Shown: positions 1 to 10,299, counted from the first letter of the stretch. The stretch is DNA of 64,000 nt from Candidatus Eiseniibacteriota bacterium (GCA_963783375.1 CAWANH010000029.1:1600001-1664000); one strand, 5' to 3'. Notes: a model not told the origin generated them from the letters alone. Made by a program: numbers and translations.

Positions 1-2594
1 CCAGGAAGCGATCCCCGGCGGCGTCGGGGCACCAGCGGTTCCGGGTTGCATTGCCGGCGCTCACCGGAAGCCGGAAACGGCGCAGAGGCGTCCCGGTCCG
101 GATGCCGCCACCGTCCCCCAGGGTCACATCCACCGTCATCAGGTCCCGGTCGGGGTTCGAGTAGCAGATTTCGTGACCGTTCCGGCTCCAGAACGGTTCG
201 ATGCCCCCGTCGATCGAGACCTGCCACTTTCCCGAAGGTTCGGGGAAGGCCTGAACGTAGACTTCGTTCCGCCCCGTCTCGCCGGTTTGATAGGTCACCC
301 AGTGCCCGTCCGGGGATATCGCGGGCTTGCCCTCGGCGAAAGGCCCGGTGGCGACCGCGATCGAATCGCCGCCGGCGACGGGAACCGCCAGATTGTCCCA
401 TCTCGAGTTCGGGCTCAGGGTGTGGATGAGGATGTACGCCCCGTCCGGAGACCAGGAGTACGGTTCCTTGTAGCTGCCGCTCCGGTAGACCGCGGTAGCG
501 CTTCCGGTCCCGTCCGCCGCCTTCACGAAGATGTCGTACTGCCCGTTCCGGTCGGAAGCGAACGCCACGCGCCGCCCGTCGGGAGACCAGGTGCCGCAAA
601 TGTCGTCCGCGGGGTCCAGGGTGAGCCGCGTCCGGGTGCCCCGGTCGAGATCCAGGACCCAGAGGTCATCCGTGCCGCTGACGGCGTCGGTGATCTCCAC
701 CACCACCCGGCGTCCATCGGGGGAGATCGCGGGGTTTCCGTATCGGGCCTCGCCGAACGGAAGCTCCGAGGCCCGGCCATCCCGGTCCAGGAGGACCAGC
801 TTGTTGGTGGGTTGACCCTGTTCCCGGTAGGCCAGGATCCCGTCGTCCGAGGTCGAGAACTGGGCGAGGCCCAGGCCGCTCGCTCCGATCGACTCGAGGA
901 CCGGAAACGGCTCGCCGGTGAACTTCAGGGATCCGGCGTCGAACTTCCGGGCGAGGAGGGTGCGGTCCTGGACCCAGAGGATGTAGCCGGGAGGAACGTA
1001 TTCCATGCGGCTGTCGGTCTTCTCCAGCGTCCGTGTCTTGAACGATCCCAGCTCACCCACCCGGATCACGCTGGGACGGTTGTCGGAGTACTGCACCTGG
1101 AAGAGGAAGTGCTTGCCGTCGGGGAGGAAGTACGGCCAGGCGTGAACCTGCTCGAGATCGGCGTGGTTCAGGACCGAGGCCGGCCCGGGGATCCCCCCGG
1201 TGTCCGGAACCTGCCGAAGCGAATCGCTCGAGTTACCGTCGAAGACGATGAACCCCTCCGGGCTCCAGGAACCGTCCGCCCCGGTCGGGGCCTCGCACAG
1301 GATCTGCGCGGGGCCGCCGGCAATGTCCACCCGCCGGAGTTTCCCCTTGGTGAAGAACGCCACCGACCGGCTGTCGGGCGACCAGATGGCCCGCCGGGCA
1401 CCCTCGGTTCCGGGCAAGGGGTGCGCCTCGAGAGCGTTGAGGGGCTGAATCCAGAGCATCGCGGTCCCGGTGGTGTCGGTGGCGTTGAACGCCATGTAGC
1501 GCCCATCCGGGGAGAGCTTGGGGGAGTCCATGACCGAGACCCCGGCCGGAGCCGGCACCTGATAGCGAAGCGTGTGGTGAACCGCCTCCGCGGGCCGGTT
1601 GAGGGCGTACCAGCCCACCGCGGCGATCAGGGCCGCGCCGAGAACCCCGGCCAGGCCCCACGCCATCCGCTCCCGGCTCCGCCGCCGGTGGGCCACCGGC
1701 TTCGGCACCCCCGCCGCCGATCCCCCCTCCGCGATCCACTCCAGCTGCAGCGCCACGTCGTGCGCGGTCTGCCACCGCTCCTCCGGATCCTTCTTCAGGC
1801 ACGTCCTGACCACCCGGTCCAGCGCCGGCGGCGCCAAGCGGCATCACCTGCGAGATCGGCGCCGGGCTCGCCGACATGATCGACGCGATCAGCGACGCCT
1901 GGCTCTTCCCCTCGAACGCCCGCCGCCCCGTCACCATCTCGTACAGCACCGCCCCCAGCGCGAAGATGTCCGTCCGCGCGTCCGCCTCCACCCCCTCCAG
2001 CTGCTCCGGCGCCATGTACTGGAACGTCCCCAGGATCGTCCCCTCCGCGGTCAGCGGCGTCCGCGGATCCTGCGTCGGCGCCTTCATCGTCAACGACGAC
2101 GACGGCGCCTCCGCCTCCACCCCCATCCGCGCCAGGCCGAAGTCCAAGAGCTTCACCCCGCTCCGGGTCAGCATCACGTTCCCCGGCTTCAGGTCCCGGT
2201 GCACCACCCCGCTCCGGTGCGCCGCGGCCAGCGCCTCCGCCATCTGACGACCGATCCGCAGCACGTCCTCCAGCGGCAACGGTCCCCCGGCCACCTTGTC
2301 GGCCAGGGTCTGCCCCTCCAGGTACTCCATCACCAGGAAGTCCGTGCCGTCCTCGTGACCCACGTCGTAGAGCGCGCAGATGTGGGGATGGGTCAGGGAC
2401 GAGATCGCCCGCGCCTCCCGGTCGAACCGCTGCCGGAGCTCCGGGTTGGCCGAGAGGTGCGTCGGCAGGATCTTGATCGCCACCGAGCGGTCCAGACGCG
2501 TGTCCTTGGCCCGGTAGACCTCACCCATCCCTCCCGCGCCGAGGGGTTCGAGGATCTCGTACGGGCCCAGGCGATGGCCGGGGTCGAGGGGCAT
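1..2594 (-). CDS. Hanks-type Ser/Thr protein kinase with TM helix and C-terminal TolB/PD40-like beta-propeller; interrupted by a +1 frameshift near 1836; 3' end runs off the window
   Basis: Kinase motifs LGAGGMGEVY, VAIK, HRDLKPGN, DFG, GTFQYMAPE in ORF 1233..2594. Removing one base at 1836-1837 restores 'PLAPPALDRVVRTCLKKDPEERWQTAHDVALQLEW', a TM segment and (W/L)SPDG-type repeats; the window's first bases read ...WCPDAAGDRFL in that style. Confidence 0.85.
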
Positions 2595-2713
2595 GAGGGG
2601 GTGCCTTTCCGGGATGGTCTGCGGTCGTGGGGGTCGGCAACGAATACTATACTGGCAGTTGAAGGAACTCCAGAACCGATTCAGTCACCTTTCAGCCTGG
2701 AGCCAGGGACAGC

Positions 2714-3388
2714 TTGCCAAACCATCATGACCTGCACACGCCGGAGACGGTCGTCGACCGCCCGACCCTCGACACCGAGCGCACCACCGCGGCCACCGAT
2801 GCGCTTCTGGCCGTGGTGGCCGGTCTCGGCGCCGTCGCGGTGGCGGCGACCCAGGTGGACCCCTGGCGGGCGGGGCTCTGGTCCTGGGCGATGGCGCTCC
2901 TCGCCGGGGCCGCCGCCGCGGGGGCGATCATCCACGGTTTTCGGCCTCCCCGCTTCTGGTCGAGCGTCCTCTGGGGAACGGTCTTCGCGGCCATCGGGCT
3001 CGACATCCCGGTCATCCTGCTGGCCGCCCTCTACGATCTCCTCGGCCGGGAGCCGATCATCTGGATCGCCGCGATCGGCGGACCGCTCTTCCTGGTGTTC
3101 TACGCGGTCGCCCTTCGCCGCCGCCCCCGGTTCTCGGAGATCGTCCCCTTCGAGGCCGCCTCCGCCACCGCCGCCCTGGTCATCTACATCGTGCTGGCCG
3201 CACGCGGCGGTCTCCCCGGCGCGGTATGGATCGCCGCCGGGCTCGGCGCGAGCATCGTCGCCGGCGGGGTGCAGGCCCTCTACCGGGGCCGGGTCCGCCT
3301 CCTCTGGACCTTCGACCACAACGGGCTCTTCCACCTGATCCAGATCGCGGGAGTCGTCCTGATGGTGCTCGGCCTCATTCGGGCTTGA
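2714..3388 (+). CDS. Multi-pass membrane protein (DUF6962-like); start uncertain
   Basis: About 7 hydrophobic segments; 'TTAATDALLA' near the N-terminus and 'FDHNGLFHLIQ' near the C-terminus. Confidence 0.65.
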   Translation: MPNHHDLHTPETVVDRPTLDTERTTAATDALLAVVAGLGAVAVAATQVDPWRAGLWSWAMALLAGAAAAGAIIHGFRPPRFWSSVLWGTVFAAIGLDIPVILLAALYDLLGREPIIWIAAIGGPLFLVFYAVALRRRPRFSEIVPFEAASATAALVIYIVLAARGGLPGAVWIAAGLGASIVAGGVQALYRGRVRLLWTFDHNGLFHLIQIAGVVLMVLGLIRA

Positions 3389-3442
3389 GGCTCCGAGGAA
3401 GCGCCGCCCCGAGGCGCACGCGGGGCGCCCGCCGGACCCCGG

Positions 3443-4237
3443 TCAACGTTCCAGGAACTCGAGCACGGTCCGGTTCACGAGATCCGGCTTCTCCTGGATC
3501 ACGCTGTGGGAGGCCCCCGGCACGATCCAGAGCTCGGCCCCGGGAATCGCGCCGGCCAGCTTTCGGGTGTGCTCCTCCCGCACCACGTCGTGCTCCCCCG
3601 CCGCGATCAGGGTCTTGGCCCGGATCCGGCCCAGTTCCTCGACGGTGTAGTTCGGCTGATCCCGCCAGAGCGCGATGACCTTGTTCATGGCCGCCTCGTA
3701 ATGGGAGGTGTCCGGAGCCACCGAATCGTAGAACCGCTTCATGTCCGGCCCGAAATCCGCCGCGGTGGCGGTGTCGCTCCAGGCCGCGTCGTCCGGGTTC
3801 ATCCCGTCCGGCCGGAAGTTGGCCCCGAAGGCCACCAGGTGGTCGATCCGATCGGGGTGGTTCATGGCCAGGTCGAGGCCCACGATCCCCCCATCGCTCC
3901 ACCCCATCACGTCGGCGCGCCGGACCCCCAGCGAATCCATGAGCGCGATCACGTCCTCGGCCATGGCGTGGTAGGAGAGCGGGCCGTCGCGGTCGGTGGT
4001 CCGGCCCTGGCCGCAGGCGTCGGGCACGATCACCCGGTAACGCGCGGCGAAAAACGGGACCTGGGCGGCGAACTGCGCGCCGCTTCCCGCGCCGCCGTGG
4101 AGCAGCAGCAAGGCGGGCCCGGCCCCGGTCTCCTCGTAGTACATCCGGATGCCGTTCAGGCGCACGATGCGGCCCGCGGGCGGTGCCGGCGCCGAGGCCT
4201 CGGAAACGAACGAACCGATGAGCGCGAGCGCCAGCAC
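3443..4237 (-). CDS. Secreted alpha/beta fold hydrolase
   Basis: Signal-peptide-like N-terminus; LLLHGG, nucleophile elbow GWSDGG, AGEHD acid, PGASH catalytic His. Confidence 0.85.
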   Translation of the reverse strand: MLALALIGSFVSEASAPAPPAGRIVRLNGIRMYYEETGAGPALLLLHGGAGSGAQFAAQVPFFAARYRVIVPDACGQGRTTDRDGPLSYHAMAEDVIALMDSLGVRRADVMGWSDGGIVGLDLAMNHPDRIDHLVAFGANFRPDGMNPDDAAWSDTATAADFGPDMKRFYDSVAPDTSHYEAAMNKVIALWRDQPNYTVEELGRIRAKTLIAAGEHDVVREEHTRKLAGAIPGAELWIVPGASHSVIQEKPDLVNRTVLEFLER

Positions 4238-4352
4238 CAGGGTCCAGGCCGAACCGCCGACCGTTCGTCATCCGCAACTCCTTTCCGGCCGGCGGCCCGG
4301 GGATCCCGGGTTTCCGGCTCGGCCGATCGCGAGACCGCCTTTCCACGGCGCC

Positions 4353-5630
4353 TCAGTTCGCCGCCGTCTTCCGCCGCCCTTCGGGATCCAGCTCGTCCTC
4401 GCGGCGGTAGCGGACCAGGGACGGGGTCTTGGCCGCCACCCATCCGGTCATGAGGAGGCAGGCCAGCCCCCCGCTCACCACCGAGAACGGAGCGCCGAGG
4501 AAGTTGGCCACCGTCCCCGCCTCCATCTCCCCGAGCTGGGGGCCGCCCATGAAGAAGATCATGTTGACGCTGGTCATCCGCCCGCGGAGGCGGTCGGGGG
4601 TGGCGAGCTGGCGGATGATGTTCCGGAGCACGGTGGAAACCGTGTCCGCGCCGCCCACCACGGCCAGGCAGGCGAAGGTGAGCCAGAAGCTCCGGGAAAA
4701 CCCGAAGGCCACGGTGGCCAGGCCGAAAGCCGCGATCGACCAGAGAAGGACCTTGCCCCGGCGGTCGATGCGATCGACCACGGACACCATGATGAGGCTC
4801 ATGACCACCGCTCCCACCGCCGGCGCCGCGTAGAGGAGTCCGTAGCCATGGGCGCCGACCTTGAGGATGTCCTGGGCGAAGATGGGGAGGAGCGCGGTGG
4901 CCGAAGCGAAGAACGTGGCCAGAAAGTCGAGGAGCATGCTGGAGCGGATGACCGGGGCCGAGAACACGAACCGGAGTCCTTCGAGCGCGGCCTTGTAGTT
5001 GATGCGACTTGCCTCCTCGAGCTTCCGCCGCGGAATGTCCCGCATGAGGAGAAGTCCCACGATCACCGCCAGGAACGACACCGCGTTCAGGGCGTAGGCC
5101 CACCCCACCCCCAGACCGGCGATCACCGCCCCCGCGACCGCCGGGCCGAGGACCGAGGCGGTCTGGAACATGATGGTGTTGAGGCTGATCGCGTTGGGGA
5201 AGTCCTTCACCGGCACCAGGTTCGGGATCAGGGACTGGCGGGCGGGGCTGTCGAAGGGGGCGGCGGCGGCGCTGATCCCGGCCAGGAGATAGATCGGCCA
5301 GAGGACGGTGAGCCCCCGGAAAGTGAGGACGGCCAGCACCACGGCCACCCCCATCATGAAGCTCTGGGTGACCAGGAGAAGCTTCCGGCGGTCCAGGGCG
5401 TCGGCCACCACGCCGCCGACCAGGGAGAAGACGATGATCGGCACCACCTTGACCAGGCCCACCAGTCCCAGGGCCAGGCCCTTGTGGGACGGGGAGACCA
5501 GGAGCGAGACGTGCCAGAGGATGGCCACGTTTTGCATGAGGGTGCCCGAGGCGGAAACGAGCTGGCCCCCCCACAGGAGCCGGAAGTTCCGGTGCCGGAG
5601 GGCGATGAAGGGCGAGGTGAGGCGGTTCAA
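4353..5630 (-). CDS. MFS transporter (EntS/MFS_3-like exporter)
   Basis: About 12 TM segments, MFS motif GVVADALDRRKLL; TTG start at 5630 preceded by AGGGAG. Confidence 0.9.
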   Translation of the reverse strand: MNRLTSPFIALRHRNFRLLWGGQLVSASGTLMQNVAILWHVSLLVSPSHKGLALGLVGLVKVVPIIVFSLVGGVVADALDRRKLLLVTQSFMMGVAVVLAVLTFRGLTVLWPIYLLAGISAAAAPFDSPARQSLIPNLVPVKDFPNAISLNTIMFQTASVLGPAVAGAVIAGLGVGWAYALNAVSFLAVIVGLLLMRDIPRRKLEEASRINYKAALEGLRFVFSAPVIRSSMLLDFLATFFASATALLPIFAQDILKVGAHGYGLLYAAPAVGAVVMSLIMVSVVDRIDRRGKVLLWSIAAFGLATVAFGFSRSFWLTFACLAVVGGADTVSTVLRNIIRQLATPDRLRGRMTSVNMIFFMGGPQLGEMEAGTVANFLGAPFSVVSGGLACLLMTGWVAAKTPSLVRYRREDELDPEGRRKTAAN

Positions 5631-5730
5631 GGATCTCCCTGTTGGCGGGTCCCGCGGTTCGGCCCGCCGGCCCGGACCCGTCTTCTGTTCCGGCGGCCGA
5701 TGCAAACCGGGGATTCTAGCCTACTTCTCG

Positions 5731-6120
5731 CCGGGGGAACGCGCCGCCGAGCCCGAGGGCGGAAGTTCACCCGGGGGAACGCGCCCCCTCGTCCGTCGGC
5801 GCGGGCACGAAAGTGCACCCGGGTACTCGACCCTCGCCATGAGTGCTTCCCCGGGGAAGCACGGTTCGCAAGAAAGGGTTCGCATCAAAGCTGGCTCACC
5901 CTGGAGAGTGCGCCACCTCGCGCGATGGCCGAGATTCACCCGGGGGAACGCGCCGCCGAGCCCGAGGGCGGAAGTTCACCCGGGGGAACACCCCGCCGAG
6001 CCCGAGGGCGGAAGTTCACCCGGGGGAACGCGCCCCCTCGTCCGTCGGCGCGGGCACGAAAGTGCACCCGGGTACTCGACCCTCGCCATGAGTGCTTCCC
6101 CGGGGAAGCACGGTTCGCAA
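5731..6120. repeat. Intergenic composite repeat: 40-bp unit x3, 141-bp duplication, CCCGGG-centred palindromes
   Basis: Unit CCGGGGGAACGCGCCGCCGAGCCCGAGGGCGGAAGTTCAC at 5731, 5940 and 5980 (third copy has 2 mismatches); 5731-5871 is duplicated at 5980-6120; perfect 20-bp palindrome GTGCTTCCCCGGGGAAGCAC at 5843-5862 and 6092-6111. Confidence 0.95.
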
Positions 6121-6270
6121 TATTGGAACCGCGCCAACGCGCCCCAAGCGTCCGAAGCGCCCCAGCGCGCCCAAATCGCTTCCCCGCTCCCCACCTCACC
6201 CACCCCAACGCCCCTTCCCGCCCCACCCGGCCTACCTCCCCGCCCCCCTCCCACGCCCTCAAGAAAACTG

Positions 6271-6312
6271 CTTGCATATTAATGCGCATACTAAGATGAT
6301 ATTGCGCATCTT
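6271..6312 (+). promoter_or_regulatory. ARG box / promoter region of arg operon
   Basis: AT-rich island with CTTGCATATTAATGCGCA (6271-6288) resembling the TGCAT-N4-ATGCA ARG box directly upstream of argR; TTGCAT could double as -35. Confidence 0.7.
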
Positions 6313-6375
6313 TTTTGTCGGGGGGACTGGCAGCCGCGAGGGCGCCCCTCCGGACACACCCCGAGGAGGTTGGAC

Positions 6376-6849
6376 GTGCCCGAACACCGGGAAAACTGGG
6401 AAGAGCGCTGGAAGGCGATCAACGAGATCCTCGAAACCGAAGTCGTCCGGAACCAGTCCCAGCTCGTCAAGCTGTTGAAACAGAAAAACTTCCGGGTGAC
6501 GCAGTCCAGCGTCTCCCGGGACCTGGCCGAGATGGGGGTGGCCAAGGCCGAGGGCCGCTATCTCTCCCCCCAGACCCTGGCCGCCGGGGACATCACTCCC
6601 CCGGGGCTGGCCGATCTGGGCGGGTTCGTGGTCCAGACCGCCGCCGCGGGCCCCCACCTGCTGGTGGTGAAGACCACCCCGGGGGTGGCCTCATCGGTGG
6701 CCCTGGCCCTCGACCGGTCCGGCTGGCCGGAGGTGGTGGGCACCATCGCCGGCGACGACGCGATCTTCGTGGCCGTGGCCGGGCGTGCCGGCCAGCTCCG
6801 GGTCGAAGCCCGGCTGAACGTCCTCGTGGAGGAGTCCCAACGTGTCTGA
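6376..6849 (+). CDS. argR: Arginine repressor
   Basis: NQSQLV...VTQSSVSRDL wHTH motif and GTIAGDD arginine-binding motif; GAGGAGG RBS 6 nt before GTG 6376. Confidence 0.95.
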   Translation: MPEHRENWEERWKAINEILETEVVRNQSQLVKLLKQKNFRVTQSSVSRDLAEMGVAKAEGRYLSPQTLAAGDITPPGLADLGGFVVQTAAAGPHLLVVKTTPGVASSVALALDRSGWPEVVGTIAGDDAIFVAVAGRAGQLRVEARLNVLVEESQRV

Positions 6850-8119
6850 AACGAAACTCGCCCTCACGCCGACCACCGGCCCCACCACCCGGCGCCGGAT
6901 CGTCCTCGCGTTCAGCGGCGGGCTCGACACCTCGTTCCTGGTTCCCTGGCTGGCGGAGCGTCACCAGGCCGAGATCGTCACCATCACCGTGGACACCGGC
7001 GGGCTGGACCAGGACGCGCGCGACGACCTCGGGCGGCGCGCCGAAGCACTGGGGGCGACCGAGCACGTCCTGATCGAAGCGCGCGACGTCTTCTTCCACG
7101 AAACCCTGCGGTTCCTGATCATGGGCAACGTGCTCCGCGGCCATCTCTACCCCCTCTGCGTGGGCGCGGAGCGGGGGCTCCAGGCGCGCATGATCGCCGA
7201 GACCACCCGCGGCCTGGGGGCGACCACGGTGGCCCACGGCTCCACCGCGGCCGGAAATGACCAGGTCCGTTTCGAGGTGGCGCTCCGGACCCTGGCCCCC
7301 GACCTGGAGATCCTCGCCCCGGTCCGCGACGAGGGGTTCTCCCGCGCCGCCGAGGCCGAGTTCCTGGCCCGGCAAGGCATCGACTGGCCGGCCGAGCGCG
7401 CGGCCTACTCCGTGAACAGCGGTCTCTGGGGGACCACGATCGGCGGGCGGGAAACCCACGGCACCGCCGAGTCGCTCCCGGAAAGCGCGTGGGTCCTCAC
7501 CCGGGGCGCCTTCGACCGGCCCCGTGTCCCCGAGCGCCACCGCATCGCCTTCGAGCGCGGTATCCCCGCCGCGCTGGACGGCGAGCCCCTGACCCCGGTC
7601 GCCCTCATCGAGCGGCTGAACGCCGAAGCCGGTGCCTTCGGGATCGGCCGGGGGATCCACCTCGGGGACACGATCTTCGGGCTCAAGGGCCGGGTGGCCT
7701 TCGAGGCCCCCGCCGCACAGGTCCTCATCGCCGCGCACCGGGAGCTGGAGAAGCTCACCCTCACCGCCCGCCAGCAGCGGGTGAAGGACCAGCTCGCCGC
7801 GGTCTACGGCGATCTCGTTCACGAGGGGCAGTCCCTGGAGCCGGCCTGCCGGGACATCGAAGCGCACTTCCTCCGCTCCCAGGAGCGGGTGACCGGCGAG
7901 GTGAACCTCCTGTTCCGGCCGGGAAGCCTCTTCGTGGAGGGAGTCTCCTCCCCGTTCTCGCTCAAGGAGGCGTCCCGCGGGGTCTACGGTGAGGCGGCGG
8001 GCGAGTGGAGCGCGGCCGACGCCCGCGGGTTCTCCCGGCTGGCCGCGCTTCCGGCCATGCTCCACGCCCGGGCCTCCGAGGCCCCAACGCCGGTCCCGGC
8101 GGACGGGGACGCGGCGTGA
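6842..8119 (+). CDS. argG: Argininosuccinate synthase
   Basis: LAFSGGLDTS, AHGSTAAGNDQVRF, LKGRVAFEAP motifs. Confidence 0.97.
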   Translation: MSETKLALTPTTGPTTRRRIVLAFSGGLDTSFLVPWLAERHQAEIVTITVDTGGLDQDARDDLGRRAEALGATEHVLIEARDVFFHETLRFLIMGNVLRGHLYPLCVGAERGLQARMIAETTRGLGATTVAHGSTAAGNDQVRFEVALRTLAPDLEILAPVRDEGFSRAAEAEFLARQGIDWPAERAAYSVNSGLWGTTIGGRETHGTAESLPESAWVLTRGAFDRPRVPERHRIAFERGIPAALDGEPLTPVALIERLNAEAGAFGIGRGIHLGDTIFGLKGRVAFEAPAAQVLIAAHRELEKLTLTARQQRVKDQLAAVYGDLVHEGQSLEPACRDIEAHFLRSQERVTGEVNLLFRPGSLFVEGVSSPFSLKEASRGVYGEAAGEWSAADARGFSRLAALPAMLHARASEAPTPVPADGDAA

Positions 8120-9192
8120 AGCGCGTGCTGCTGGACAAGATCGGTTCGGTCACCCTCAACTGCCGGCTCTCCCGCGAGGTGCGCCTGGGGAGCGACATCC
8201 CCGCGGTGGAAGGGGGGGTGATCGCGGTGCGGGTGCTCACCTCGAAGAGCACCTACGACCAGATCGAGCTTCCTTCCGGGCGCTTCTCCAAGCTGAAGCC
8301 CGGCGACGTGGTGGCGGGCGCGCTCGGCCATCGGAAGGCCCTCTTCGGGTACTCCGGGCACCTCCCGGAGTCGGTGAGCCCGGGCGACCGCGTGCACATC
8401 CTGAACATGGGCGGGGTGATCGGGATCTGTGACGGGGTGAACCCCGATCTCGGCCGCCCCTTCGAGGCCGAAGTGCTGGGACAGGTCCTGGCCTTCCCCT
8501 ACCTCGGTGAGCGGGTGGGCCTCCCCGCCCACATCACCCAGGGCGCGCTCCCGGTGGACGGCGCGCTCGACACCGGAAACGTCCCCATCGTGGCCGTGGT
8601 GGGCACCTGCATGAACGCGGGAAAGACCCAGGCCGCGTGCGCGCTGATCCAGGCCTTCGCCCATCGCGAGCTGACCGTGGCCGCGGGCAAGGCCACCGGG
8701 GTCTCGCTCCGCCGGGACATCCTGGCCATGGAGGACGCGGGGGCGCGGCGGACCCTGGTGTTCACCGACATGGGGGTGGTGACCACCACCTCGGACAACG
8801 CCCCCGGAGTGGCCCGGGCCATCCTCACCCACCTCGCGGCGGGAACCCCCGACGTGATCGTGCTGGAGCTGGGCGACGGCCTCCTGGGTCTCTACGGGGT
8901 GGACGCGATCCTGAACGACCCCGCGATCCGCGAGTCGCTCCACGCGGTGGTCCTGGCCGCCAACGACCCGGTGGCGGCCTGGGGCGGGGTGAGGCTGCTG
9001 CGCGAACGGCACGCACTCGACGCCCATGTGGTGACCGGTCCCGCCACCGACAACGCGGCGGGAACCAGGCTGGTGGAGCGCGAGACCGCGGTCCCCGGGG
9101 TAAACGCCCGAACCGATCCCGCCCGGCTGGCCGAAACCGTGCTCGCGCGGCTCCCGCTTCCCGCCGCCACCGGGGAGGCGACCGGTGTCTGA
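8116..9192 (+). CDS. DUF1611/DgcN-like P-loop protein embedded in arg operon (candidate N-acylglutamate synthase)
   Basis: GTG start overlaps the argG stop (GTGA) and the 3' end overlaps the argC start; P-loop-like VVGTCMNAGKT, GKATG, VIVLELGDG. Family and function are inferred from motifs and context. Confidence 0.7.
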   Translation: MKRVLLDKIGSVTLNCRLSREVRLGSDIPAVEGGVIAVRVLTSKSTYDQIELPSGRFSKLKPGDVVAGALGHRKALFGYSGHLPESVSPGDRVHILNMGGVIGICDGVNPDLGRPFEAEVLGQVLAFPYLGERVGLPAHITQGALPVDGALDTGNVPIVAVVGTCMNAGKTQAACALIQAFAHRELTVAAGKATGVSLRRDILAMEDAGARRTLVFTDMGVVTTTSDNAPGVARAILTHLAAGTPDVIVLELGDGLLGLYGVDAILNDPAIRESLHAVVLAANDPVAAWGGVRLLRERHALDAHVVTGPATDNAAGTRLVERETAVPGVNARTDPARLAETVLARLPLPAATGEATGV

Positions 9193-10297
9193 AACCACCA
9201 CCCCGGCCCGGGCCGCGCACCACCCGTCCCCCCCCGCCTCGCGCACCGTCCCCGCGGTGATTCTGGGGGGAACCGGGTACGTTTCGGGGGAGCTGCTCCG
9301 CATCCTCTCCGGCCACCCGGTGCTCCGTCCCCAGGCCGTGATATCCACCAGCCGGGCCGGGGAACCGGTGGTGGAGGCATTCCCGCATCTGGCGGGAACC
9401 GGGATCGAGGCGCTCTCCTTCCGGTCGATCGGGTCGGTCCGGTTCCGGCGCGACGAGCCGGCGGCGATCTTCGCCGCCACCCCCCACGGGGGAACCGCCG
9501 CCGTGCTGGACGCCCTCCTCGCGCGGGCGGAGGCCCTGGGGGCGCCGGTTCACGCCGTGGACCTCTCCGCCGATTTCCGCTTCGGCGACCCCGCGGGGTT
9601 CGAGACGGTCTACGGAACGCCCCATGGCGCCCCGGGACGGATTCGCGACTTCGTATGCGCGGTGCCCGAGCACGCCCCGGCCATACCGGTGCGGCATGCC
9701 GCCCAGCCCGGATGCTTCACCACCGCCGCGGTCCTCGCCGCCTACCCGTTCTTCGCGCTCGATCTTGTCGAGGGCCCGGTGTTCGTCTCGGCGGTGACCG
9801 GAAGCTCGGGGAGCGGGAGGACACCGGGGGCGGGGACCCACCACCCCGAGCGGCGGAGCGCGCTCTACGCCTACGCCCCTCTCGCCCACCGGCACGAAGC
9901 GGAGATGCGGGCGCTCCTCGGCGCGGCGCGCGGGGGCTTCGAACCGGAGGTCGAGTTCGTTCCCCACTCCGGACCGTTCGTCCGGGGAATCCACGCCACC
10001 GTCCGCCTGGGTCTCAAGTCCCCCGCGGAAACCGGGGACCTGGCGGCCGCGGTCGCCGCCTTCTACGCCGCGAGCCCCTTCGTCCGGGTCGAGGCCCGGC
10101 CGCCGCGACTGAACGAGGTGGTCGGGACCAACCTCTGCCGCCTGGGCGTCACCGCCCGGGGCCGCACCGTGGTGGTGACCTCGGTGATCGACAACCTGGT
10201 GAAGGGGGCGGCGGGCGGGGCCGTGCAGTGGATGAACCGGCTCCTGGATCTCCCGGAAACCGCGGGACTCCAGCTCCCCGGACTGGGGGTATTCTGA
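9185..10297 (+). CDS. argC: N-acetyl(acyl)-gamma-glutamyl-phosphate reductase
   Basis: GGTGYVSGELLR, DLSADFR, QPGCFTT catalytic Cys, GSSGSG, IDNLVKGAAG. Confidence 0.95.
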   Translation: MSETTTPARAAHHPSPPASRTVPAVILGGTGYVSGELLRILSGHPVLRPQAVISTSRAGEPVVEAFPHLAGTGIEALSFRSIGSVRFRRDEPAAIFAATPHGGTAAVLDALLARAEALGAPVHAVDLSADFRFGDPAGFETVYGTPHGAPGRIRDFVCAVPEHAPAIPVRHAAQPGCFTTAAVLAAYPFFALDLVEGPVFVSAVTGSSGSGRTPGAGTHHPERRSALYAYAPLAHRHEAEMRALLGAARGGFEPEVEFVPHSGPFVRGIHATVRLGLKSPAETGDLAAAVAAFYAASPFVRVEARPPRLNEVVGTNLCRLGVTARGRTVVVTSVIDNLVKGAAGGAVQWMNRLLDLPETAGLQLPGLGVF

Positions 10298-10299
10298 TC

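Noticed and set aside
173-1879. Long + strand ORF (568 aa) and many similar long overlapping ORFs (e.g. 4149..6299, 14447..16315, 31647..33812)
   Set aside because: Antisense or alternate-frame shadows of real genes in high-GC DNA; Arg/Pro/Gly-rich with no motifs.
5731-6120. Possible CRISPR array
   Set aside because: Intervening sequences are themselves repeated, the conserved core is short and variable, and no cas genes are in the window.
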